From NCBI RefSeq assembly GCF_002113885.1, contig NW_018479939.1, forward strand, positions 1 through 64,000: a DNA stretch of 64,000 bases, given 5' to 3'. This DNA is from Mizuhopecten yessoensis (lineage: Eukaryota). How positions within the stretch are numbered: position 1 is the stretch's first letter; the number at the start of each line of letters is the position of its first letter. Under the pieces are notes generated by a model, which was not told the origin of the DNA, searched no databases, and worked only from the letters and a program-made list of their open reading frames with translations. This document shows, one piece after another, positions 52,965 through 64,000 of the stretch. The translations under genes were made by a program, and so were the position numbers.

Positions 52965-55306
52965 TGCCATAAAAAGGGTATTTGGGACGTGAAGCTATAC
53001 AGCTTATGATTTACAAATATTTTCTAGTTTAAACTATCTCTCCAGTGTGTATCGGTATAATAAAACGGTTAAAGTATGGGGTTGAGGCATATATAGCAAG
53101 TTTCTGGTGTCCCTTGACCATGCCTATTTCCCTCGGCTTCGCCTCGGGAAATCGACCTGGTCTCGGGACACCAGAAACTTGCTATATCCCTCAATCCCAT
53201 AATCTAACTGTATACTAAGTATATTCTGTCCTATCATGTTAACGTTGTTAAAAACTACGTGACCCTTTCTACAATTTACTTGTGTCTGCTATCTTTACAT
53301 CTTTACGAGCTACGCTACACAAACTAGTTTCTACATCCATGTGTATGCATTGATGAGTTTTATTATTAAATATGTCTTGAGTTTGTAATTATTAATTGTT
53401 TGTCACTTTTTTAGTATAAATTAAGTCAAAGGTAGGTGACATTTATTGTAAATCATGTCATATATCAGCTTTACTATAGATTACGTGAAAAGTTTATGGA
53501 TGTTATCATGTAGTATGTCGTGAGTTTGTGAGTTTTAATAAACTATGTCATACGTTTGAAAATGTTATTGTTTATGTACTTTTCAATACGGCCAGGTTTG
53601 GCGCCGGAGAAAACCGGAGTTCATGGGGAAAAAACACCGACCGGCGGTCATACCTGGCGACTGCCCCACGTAAGGTTCGAACCCACGACCCTATTTATTA
53701 TAAAGTATGTCATCGACAGAATTTCGATATGCATGTAAATATAATTATCAACTATGTTTGTTATCTTTGTTATACAACTATCACATAGCTTTATGAAATC
53801 TGACTATTAACTTTGACTATGTCATAAAGTTGGGTGTTTTATTAGACACTATGTCATAAAGTTGGGTGTTTTATCAGACACTATGTCATAAGTTTGGGAG
53901 TTTTATTAGACACTATGTCGTAAATTTGGGAGTTTTATTATGACACTATGTCATAACTTTTCAGGGGGGTTTTTTGGGGTTTTTTTTTTTTTGTCAAATA
54001 TGCCTTTTATCGTTTTACGTTATAAATTGTATTCTATATGTGTAAGCCTTATTATAAACAACGAAATAAGTCATGAATTTTATTGTTTAGCCCATCCTTA
54101 GTTTGGAACTGTATATTGTCAAGATGTCTTTTCCTTTTGTTTGTTATTTGTCTGGAGCATATGTTCCTATGTATCGACTTTGGTTGCAATAATTGTCTTC
54201 CTTTATTTTTATTTTTATTTATTTTTTTCCTAATTTATCACTTATACCTAAAACCTACATGTTAAAGTTTTAATGATGAAAATGTTTNTGGTTTTTTGGG
54301 TTGTTTTTTTTTTTTTTTTTTGTCAAATATGCCTTTTATCGTTTTACGTTATAAATTGTATTCTATATGTGTAAGCCTTATTATAAACAACGAAATAAGT
54401 CATGAATTTTATTGTTTAGCCCATCCTTAGTGTGGAACTGTATATTGTCAAGATGTCTTTTCCTTTTGTTTGTTATTTGTCTGGAGCATATGTTCCTATG
54501 TATCGACTTTGGTTGCAATAATTGTCTTCCTTTATTTTTATTTTTATTTATTTTTTTCCTAATTTATCACTTATACCTAAAACCTACATGTTAAAGTTTT
54601 AATGATGAAAATGTTTCGAAGAAACCATTCTGTGGTTGTTTAAACTCAGGACTCGCTAAAAGTTGTTTAAAGTATTCATTGTGCAAAATCTGTCTCCATT
54701 GTGTTGATGATCACGAAATAATTCTATTTATAGAAACTAGGTACATATCGTAGCCCCAGTTTGACAAGACAGAAGCTAAGTCGTGATAACCAACACAATA
54801 TCAAGTGTGTGATCTGATTTATAAACTAGGACAGGCCTACTATTTAAAGTCTCGTTGCTCGGGTTTTACATTTTACTTGTACCGGTGTAAGTTACCGTTT
54901 CAATCATGAAGGTTATAAAAGAATAAATATTTCCATTTGATTTAGGTACATCTGTATTTTGCGGCACTTTGTGATAAATCAAGCTAGCTTGTTGATCTAG
55001 AGTTTGGCGACCGCGCTCTAAACATATGGTGGGTAAAATAATGAATAAAACTACGAAGAAATGAATCACCTATAAAAAGTTCGTTCTTAGATTCAATTTT
55101 ACAACAAAATAGTACTGCACCATATGACCATTTCGGCCATTAAGAAAAACTTAAGGAGACTTAAAGGTTAAACAAATGAAATCTCCATATCTGAAGTGTT
55201 CGGAAGCATATATACAGCAAAAACACAGCAAAATGTGCATATAAAACATTTCATCAACGTTACAAATTTAAAAAACCTTAAACTAGTTTTTTATTACAAG
55301 ATATTG

Positions 55307-55518
55307 NNNNNNNNNNNNNNNNNNNNNNNNNNNNNNNNNNNNNNNNNNNNNNNNNNNNNNNNNNNNNNNNNNNNNNNNNNNNNNNNNNNNNNNNNNNNNN
55401 NNNNNNNNNNNNNNNNNNNNNNNNNNNNNNNNNNNNNNNNNNNNNNNNNNNNNNNNNNNNNNNNNNNNNNNNNNNNNNNNNNNNNNNNNNNNNNNNNNNN
55501 NNNNNNNNNNNNNNNNNN
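55307..55518. other. Assembly gap (212 N)
   Basis: N run. Single-N joins are also present at 42270 and 54288. Confidence 1.
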
Positions 55519-58500
55519 GGGGGGTATATATTGGGCTTAATCAGTTCTCTGAGCTTAAATACGGTAAGGGGGGTATATATTGGGCTTAATCAGTTCTCTG
55601 AGCTTAAATAGACCATTCTGATAGAAATTCAAGTTCCTGTGGTCTAACAGAGACAGCTTACTACTAAGCTGTACATTAAACATGACTATTTTGATTTCCT
55701 ATCGTGATCTTTTTGATAATGCATGTACATGTAGCATATATATCACTGCTTCTCCAGACGCAGTTGGGTTGGTTTGGTATTCAAGAGCTTACTCCGAATA
55801 GCAAGACTTCGGTAACAGATGTCGAATGCTAACAGATAAACTTAAATCCACGGAATTAGATTATCTAAGTCCGTGTTAAAACACAGGATTTGGTGTTGCT
55901 TCGTTATCAATACTCCGAAACTAGCCTTCATCACAAGGACCTGATGGTTTGTTACAGCTATATTTGGACCTGTTCTACGGTGTCCAGTGTAATTGTACAA
56001 GTTTTAGGGGTTTAAATCGACTTTCCCCTAATGAGTCTCGTATATATAATAATTGGGGTGGCATTTTTGCCGAAAGTCGATATTAACCCCTAAAACATGT
56101 AAAAGTACTTTGAACGCCTTAGTTTATAGGTCCAAATATAGCTCTAACAAATTATCAGGTCCCTGTGGCATTGGGAGTGTGATATAACTTGCATTTGACC
56201 TGGATTTACATGGCTGTGTAGTCGATTAAGAAGAAACACTTACCCTTTCAGAACGCCTTGTCTCATTCCATTGAACTTTTCCAACGGTCTCCGTGTAAAT
56301 CTTTAATTTGCTCATATTTTGCTGTTTTACATACACTTCGTTATTATACTGTTATTTTATGCAATGTAAGCAGTTATGGTGTTGTTTAGGCCTGTCGGTG
56401 GATTCCTGAACTATCAGAGAACATAGGAGGAGTCGATATCTTACTGTGAATTAATATTGTAACGGACTCTATATTTCATTGATGATCTTCTTCATATATA
56501 ATTTCGGTGGCAACGTGTCAAGAATTTCTAACAGGATGTTGACATACCCATGGACACAAACTGTGCCCTTATTTTGGACGACATTCTTTTTTCAAATTTG
56601 GATAAAATGATAAAAGACCTTAATGGACAGGTAAAAACGACATTGCATTATTCCTCAACTTGACTTTTAGATATGAAAAAAATCTGTTTGTACCACCCGT
56701 AACTTAAAATCAAGGATACTACAGACGCTTTTATATGTAGATCAGCAGCTTATCTCGATCTTAACATACGTACAGCAGGACCCACAGGACAATTTGATTT
56801 TATGATCGTGAACTTTCCTTTTCTTCGTAGTAACAGCCCTGCATTCCCATGTTCACGTGTTTCAGTTATTCATATATTCACGGACTTGACTCGAAAAACC
56901 AGATAGCCGGGACAGATATCAAAATACTGATGGAAAAACTTACAATACTGGTTTTCGAGAGATGCACGTTGATGAAGACGTGAAATTACTTAAATTTAAC
57001 TGAAATTTAATTAGCGGAAGTCCTCGAAAAGGCAACAAGCTGTAACTCTTTGGAACACTAACTCTTCTTGACAGTTTTCAGTCTTTAAATGTTTCATTGG
57101 TTCATATATTCGCCAATAGTTTTAACAATTCTGAGTTGTGTCCCTGCTCATTGATGTTATTAACGTGTATGCTGACGGTAACTGTGTGCTTCTGAGGGAC
57201 ATAATAATCAGTAGTTATGTAGTGAATTCTGGATCAAGCTAAACATTAATGGTGGTTTGGTTTGGTTTAATTTTGTTAACAGCTAAGGTCATTTAAGAAC
57301 ATGCCTCCATGTGTGTCGTGTATGCGTGCTTGCGTGTGTTGTATGCAAGAGATAGGACATGTTGGCGCAGTTGGCGTGTTTGCCTCCTTGTGATAGCGCG
57401 GATCTGATGCCGACTTTATAGTGCCTCTCACTGAAATAAATGCCGAAGACACCCAGATCAGTATTCCGCCGAGTCACATTATACTTACAACAGGTGAACC
57501 AGTGGTTGCCATTCCTCTAAATGCGGAACGTTAAGCAGGGAAAAACAACAACCAATTTTTAAGGACTTTGGTATGTCCCGGCCTGGGGACAGAACCATTG
57601 CCTTCCTCACTGCTAAAGCCAATAGTGAGGTGTTGCCAAGCAAGGCGCTAGGAAATAAAAAGAAGTTAGATGTAGAAAGAAATCAAAAAACCCAAATATT
57701 GCAATGGGTGCAGCAGATTTATTTTGGTCGCTTTTGGGACACAAAAGCAAATCCCCAATTCTGCAGGGGGTTCCCTCATAAGCCGCCTCCGACGATACAT
57801 GCGGTGTGTAACAGCAAGTGTATTTTTCCCCCATCCCCTACCTGCAGAGTGGACATTAATAGTGGAAATATTTATCAACGTTATGTATATATGTGATAAA
57901 ATGATCAAGCATACATATTATTTGTGACAATTGTATCAAGGTATCAAATTATTGGTGCCAGGTGTATCGTGACTAGATCTACTCAACATATACAATACTT
58001 GTTACACCCGTCACCAGCTACATGTATCACACATTGATACATATGTACATGCTGTATGTGTATCAAGGTGAGACAGCTGCTGACATAGTAAATCTTGTAT
58101 CTAACAAGGTCAATACCAGGTACATACAGGTACAGTACCATCTACCTTATACCAACTGTATAAACAGCAAAGTCAATCTTGTATCTAACAAGGTCAATAC
58201 CATGTACATACAGGTACAGTACCATCTACCTTATATCTACTGTATAAACAACAAAGTCAATCTTGTATCTAACGTCAATACCTTGTACGTACAGGTATAG
58301 TACCATCTACTTTATATCTACTGTATAAACAGCAAAGTCAATCTTGTATCTAACGTCAATACCATGTACATTCAGGTACAGTACCATCTACCTTATATCT
58401 ACTGTATAAACAGCCAAGTCAATCTTGTATCTAACGTCAATACCATGTACATACAGGTACAGTACCATCTACTTTATATCCAAAGTCAAGGTCATGTATA

Positions 58501-60435
58501 CTGTATAAACAGCAAAGCCAATCTTGTATCCAAGGTCAATACCATGTACATACAGGTACAGTACCATCTACCTTATATCTACTGCATAAACAGCAAAGTC
58601 AATCTTGTATCTGACAAGGTCATGGAGATATACAGGTACAGCACATTTCATCATATATATCAAAAGTCAAGGTCAAAGACATATACAAGTACAAGTACAA
58701 TACAGTCAATATTGTTTCTATGATAGAAGTCATGGACATACTTGTTTACAGTACAATTAACTCTGCATTATGTTCAAGATCACAGACAAACCATCTATAG
58801 TGTATCTACATTGTATAAGGTGAAGGTCACAGACACACAGGTACAGCATCACCTATATTGTTGTTTATTTGGCCAAGATCATAGACACAACAGTTAAAGT
58901 ACCATTCTGTATCTACATTGTTAATGTAAGGTCAAGGTCAGTCATACAGGTACAGTGCCATCCATATTGTTTCTGTAGTCAAGGTCACAACCATCATATA
59001 TAATTATACATTACCATCCACTTTGTATATACATAAAATGCCACAAAAACATACTGGTACAGTACCATCCACACAGAATCTACATTGTAAATGTAAGGTC
59101 AAGGTCAAGCATACAGGTACAGTGCCATCCATATTGTTTCTGTGGTCAAGGTCACAGACATTATATATACCCGGGTAATTATACATTATCATCCACTTTG
59201 TATCGAAGGGGAATGCCACAGAAACATCAACAAGATTATTGCTTGGTTTATATATCATAATTTAATTGTCAAATCCAGATCAATCCCAGTTACAAAAACT
59301 GATAGGTTGAGATGTCAACATATAATTTTATAAAATAATGAAACTCTCTACTCTTGTACAGTTTTTGAAACAGAAGGTATTTATCTGAGGGGAGACAAAA
59401 AATATTTAAATAAAATCTTGCTTCAATAGTAGAGCTGTCAGAATAATCGCCGTGCTTATTATAAGCTTCTGTGGTTTAATCAATCCAATAGTAATGAGAA
59501 TTTCCAATTTTGTTTTTATACATGCATAATTGTGTTCCATAACTAAATGTTAAAAATTATCACTCAAATTAAGTCCACCATATTGTATAAAACTCTTGTT
59601 TGTAGCATAATTTTGTGCAATTATTTATACCAAAGACTATTTCAGCACTTACATGGCACATACATCACTTCAGAGGCATTGTAAATGAAGCCCACCATGA
59701 AAAGGCCGAAATTTAAAAACTATAGTTTGTTTAAATAAAATGACAGTGTTTAAATGTTACGCAACAATATGCATATACCAGTACTTGTTACTGAAAAATA
59801 TGTTGAAAGTAATGTAAGAATAATACTTATGCACAGAATATCATGATGCACCAGATACTACAACAGTGCTGTAATAATTCCCCAATCTTATCTTCATGAA
59901 ACAAACAAAATATTTCACATGTATGTAAAAAAAAAAAAACTCAATACCCAAAGTATATTATATATCGCTGCAACCATTCACGTGTTTACTTATATGTATT
60001 TCACAAACTGTATTGGTCTGTGTGTAATACCAAAAATATGTATCATTGCAGCAGTATAAATGTCAACTGAATTCAAATGTTTCTATAAAGACCGTTGTTA
60101 CTGAACTTACCGACAAGTTATTAGTGAGGTGTTTTAACGAATAATCGAGTTGTTTTTACAATTGTATTTACGTAGTATAGATCGTATTTTGAAGGTAACG
60201 TTATGTCTTCTTGAAGGAAGAAGTCCTTATCGGGACTTGCAGTTTCTACTATACGAAATGCTAAAAGAAAAGATAATTGTGCACATATCAAATGTCGTAG
60301 GGAAATGAGTTACAGTGGATAAAGTCTGGCGGTCATGGACCAAACACTCCATTCTGCACTCTTTGTTAATCGCATATTTCAGTTGGATCTGGTGCTAAAA
60401 ACGACGTTACTTAAGCTTAGACTTTCAAAAACACG

Positions 60436-60638
60436 CACAGGCATTTGATTATTTGTTTCTGTCAATCAAATTGATCCTGACAATAAGAATTCAAACCCTA
60501 CTCGTATAAAACTGATATTTTATATGAGTAGGGTGCGAGGACCATTTTTACTGACAGAAACAAAATGGTATTTTATATGAGATGAATGTGACATCTTATT
60601 GTCAGGACCATTTTAATTGACATAAAAAAATGCCTGTG
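60436..60638. mobile_element. MITE with imperfect long TIRs, CACAGG ends and probable 8-bp TSD
   Basis: cacaggcattt...tcctgacaataaga / tcttattgtcagga...aaatgcctgtg. Flanks aaaacacg / aaaacaca. Internal hairpin accctactc...gagtagggt. Confidence 0.7.
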
Positions 60639-61004
60639 AAAACACAGTATCAAATCTATTATTATGAATTATTTTTTTAAGTTGTGTTGTTGACAAATCT
60701 TTTTATTTTTCAGCTTTGAATTTGGTATTATGGATGAGGATTAACTAGATCTGCTGGAAGAATAGTTCAATGAATGTAGAATGATTAAAATATTAAAGTT
60801 CTAATTTAACATCTACATGTACTTTTCCTAAATTTGTTGCGAAAAAAGACGTCGCGCGCTATGACCGTCTTTTTTATTTTCAAAAGAGGGTCATCACCCT
60901 CTTTCAGTGTATTCGGGGTTGACGGTATGAATTCTATATATATTAATCACTGACCATATTAGTACTACATTTTTATATTAATACCCAGCCGGGTATCAAT
61001 ATAT

Positions 61005-61384
61005 AACAAATGTACAGCGGGGCTGAACAATTTACGCCCGTAGAATGCCATATAGTGTTTTATACTTTCTTACAATGAAATAATAGCTGCATCATTCTAA
61101 GAGTGGTAAGCTGACATGCTGTAAAAAATGTAGGAGAAAATCTCCGGACAAAAAATCAAATACTGAAATGAACAAAGGGCAATAACTTTTGTAAAAATCG
61201 TTGAAGCAAAATTCTTTTTAGGGAGACACAACTTCATATCATGATTATAATGTATACCAAGTTTCAAAGAGATCGGTCGAAAAATGTAGGAGGAGATTGC
61301 CAGACAAACAAAAGTTTACACAGGACGGACGGACAACCCCATACCAAAAATTTCTTCCGTCAAATTTGACGGGTGTATAAAAAT
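61005..61384 (+). mobile_element. Helentron-associated non-autonomous element (HINE/DINE-like)
   Basis: 5' aacaa...tacgcccgt subterminal motif, core aagggcaataact...ataccaagtttc...gtaggaggag, (ggac)n microsatellite, 3' hairpin ccgtcaaatttgacgg then gtgtataaaaa. Confidence 0.75.
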
Positions 61385-61923
61385 ATTCACTGTCACCTGC
61401 TAATGAATGTCATATTTATATATTAATACCCAGCCGGGTATCAATACATAAAAATGTCTCCTCGTTAGAAGCTACGTTATCGCAGCTATGACCATATCAG
61501 CCTACATGGAATACATTTTCAATAGAGAATTTCAAGTCCATTATTTAGTTGTGTTTGTTAATGGTATTTTAAGTACCATGTATGAGAGTTTACACATGCG
61601 TTCTCATACAAAAACATAATTGGTAATCCTGTTTCAGCAATGATAACAAAATGAAATAAAAGGGTCCGAATGTTGATTATATTTTTTTTTATTTCCTCTC
61701 CGTTATGTTTCATGAAAGTCTCGCAAGGTATACTTTCCTTTTAAAAAATGATTTTTCAAATCTATAATCATACCGGTAAAATAAGTTTTGAATGCATGAT
61801 TTCATTATTTTACTGTGGTATGGTAATCCTTAACCACTGAGTGTATTGAAGAGAGTTAAACATTTTATACTTGTTCTCTATCACATAATATCAGACTCTC
61901 ATACAAACAATTATTAATTAGTG

Positions 61924-61992
61924 CTAGGAATTATCAGGAACTTTTGTTGTGATTCTTAAACCATGCATGTCCTTTATCTGTTCTTTGAGTGC
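61924..61992 (-). CDS. BOLA3: BolA-like protein 3, terminal coding exon (ALKEQIKDMHGLRITTKVPDNS*)
   Basis: Acceptor AG at 61994-61993, phase 0, in frame with the upstream exon. Matches the BolA3 C-terminal motif ALK.EIK.MHGLRI.T. Confidence 0.93.
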   Translation of the reverse strand, partial: ALKEQIKDMHGLRITTKVPDNS

Positions 61993-62002
61993 CTAAAATC
62001 AG

Positions 62003-62925
62003 AAAACAATAGACCATCATAAATAATCACAAAACAATAGACCATCATAAATAATCATGAAACAATAGAAAATCATAAATAATCACAAAACAATAGACCA
62101 CCATAAATAATCACAAAACAATAGACCACCATATATAATTACAAAACAATAGAAAATTATAAATAATCACAAAACAATAGACCACCATAAGTTATCACAA
62201 AACAATAGACAATCATAAATAATCACAAAACAATAGACAATCATAAATAATCACAAAACAATAGACAATCATAAATAATCACAAAACAATAGACAATCAT
62301 AAATAATCACAAAACAATAGACAATCATAAATAATCACAAAACAATAGACAATCATAAATAATCACAAAACAATAGACAATCATAAATAATCACAAAACA
62401 ATAGACAATCATAAATAATCACAAAACAATAGACAATCATAAATAATCACAAAACAATAGACAATCATAAATAATCACAAAACAATAGACAATCATAAAT
62501 AATCACAAAACAATAGACAATCATAAATAATCACAAAACAATAGACAATCATAAATAATCACAAAACAATAGACCACCATAAATAATCACAAAACAATAG
62601 ACAATCATGAATAATCACAAAACAATAGACAATCATAAATAATCACAAAACAATAGACCACCATAAATAATCACAAAACAATAGACCACCATAAATAATT
62701 ACAAAACAATAGAAAATTATAAATAATCACAAAACAATAGACCACCATAAGTTATCACAAAACAATAGACAATCATAAATAATCACAAAACAATAGACAA
62801 CCCTAAATAATTACAAAACCATAGACAATCATAAATAATCACAAAACAATAGACAATCATAAATAATCACAAAACAATAGATAATCATAAATAATCACAA
62901 AACAATAGACCACCATAAATAATCA
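62003..62925. repeat. 28-bp minisatellite filling most of the BOLA3 last intron (61993-63077)
   Basis: Highly homogeneous central run of acaaaacaatagacaatcataaataatc. Confidence 0.95.
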
Positions 62926-63077
62926 GAGAAAATCTGCCAAAATCCTTTATTCAATTAAAAGTTGAATATACATGAAATTCATCGGGGAAAGAGGCTCTTT
63001 CATCATTGCGTTTCCAAAGTAATGTATCATAATAAATGATAAAATTATAAAGATACAGTGTGTATATAATTACTCAC

Positions 63078-63166
63078 CTCTGTAACCATTTTATGTTGTG
63101 CCACCATTCGCTTTCCTTGGAATGAATCTGCCTCTACCAATACTTCAAACATGGCTCCACAACCTC
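63078..63166 (-). CDS. BOLA3: BolA-like protein 3, penultimate exon ((G)GCGAMFEVLVEADSFQGKRMVAQHKMVTE); upstream exons are outside the window
   Basis: tttcttgtcacAG acceptor and GAG|GTGAGT donor, 89 bp. The SGGCG.M(Y/F) and F.G...V.QH.MV motifs are diagnostic of BolA3. Confidence 0.95.
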
Positions 63167-64000
63167 CTGTGACAAGAAACTATTTGTTATTTGTGTAAAC
63201 ATCATTACCAAGAAGCATGATCATAAGAACTGGATACCAAGCTCTGACACTTAAGAACTAAAGCAAGGTCAAAGACATCAAGTTCAAAGGTCAAGAATGC
63301 AATAAGTAATGCAACATGCTGTACTCATAGCGAAGCATTAGCATATGAAGTCATGTGACCCTATCTGCAGTACTGATACATTACCTAAACACAAATACTT
63401 ACCAAGTACACAGAAGTCAAGGAGGTCACAAAATGTCATGAACAATTTAAGTTGCAGTTGCAGTCCAAAATTGACCTAAAGCAAAACCTTTACTAGCCAA
63501 AAGTACAATTGATACAATTTGTTACAGGGCACGAAAACAAATATGTGCACTACAATACTTGAAATACATTATTTCAGGATCTATAAAGAACATCTCATGT
63601 TTGTAGAACAACTTCCTGATAAGTCAAGAAGCCTGTTCCAGGCCTTGAGTGTTAGGCTGTTATAATTTATTACCAGGCAATGCCTGTTTCAGAATGAATT
63701 GATGTTAACCATGGCTTTATACCAAAATAAGCCCAGGGACACTATGAAATGTGGGATCAAAAGTGGGGGTAGTATTACTGATCGGAGAATTAATTTCAGG
63801 CTTTTGATAAGGACAGATAGGCTTATCAACAGGCATGGGCTTATTGTTGGATAGATATGGTAACAGGCAGAGAATGTATGTAAACCCTGCTTTTATAGTT
63901 TCACCATTTGTATGTAAGAGACAGTGCATTTTTCAGGTAGATTTACATAATGCATGTATCAAGGACATTGCGTCATTGATATTTACTCAATGCTTGACAC

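Larger units (their letters stand above)
45156..53217 (+). repeat. Tandem segmental duplication, copy 2 (8062 bp)
   Basis: Colinear with copy 1 and copy 3. Confidence 0.95.
53218..62925 (+). repeat. Tandem segmental duplication, copy 3 (native BOLA3 3' region; has ~2.87 kb, ~58890-61757, absent from copies 1-2)
   Basis: Homology stops after gatcatagacaca (~58889) and resumes at tcaaatctataatcatacc (~61756). Confidence 0.9.

Noticed and set aside
42099-58723. Repeated MYIQVQYHLPYIYCINSKVNLVSNVNT ORFs
   Set aside because: Translation of the 81-bp minisatellite.
63167-64000. Search for the BOLA3 upstream exon (..DISG); 70-aa ORF 63717-63929
   Set aside because: The gacttatcagga at ~63620 lacks a donor and upstream BolA similarity, and the ORF has no recognisable features. 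Treated as intron.

Overview
This is AT-rich eukaryotic genomic DNA, most likely from a bivalve mollusc (scallop-like). That call is inferred from the SINE, HINE and Penelope repeat content; it is not proven. No prokaryotic features are present. Layout: (1) 1-2090 is a 32/38-bp minisatellite. (2) ~3940-19600 is a 15.6-kb CpG-rich satellite that switches near 8950 from a 30-bp monomer to a 30+35-bp dimer. It carries two copies of a 5'-truncated LINE with a target-site duplication (TSD) and one fold-back inversion. (3) ~19600-36400 is a TE graveyard (Tc1, Mutator-like, CR1, SINEs). It contains one complete two-exon minus-strand gene for a 179-aa secreted acidic/Gly-Lys-Asp low-complexity protein (CDS 32619-33158) and an orphan paralogous promoter plus exon 1 at ~25570-25740. 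(4) 36447-62925 holds three tandem copies of an ~8.06-kb segment, each with the intact terminal coding exon of BOLA3. (5) The native BOLA3 gene is on the minus strand, with its last two exons at 63078-63166 and 61924-61992, and runs off the right end. Nearly all ORFs in the supplied track are repeat-derived artefacts, and the real BOLA3 exons are not in the track. Assembly artefacts (single-N joins with duplicated overlaps, one N gap) are present.
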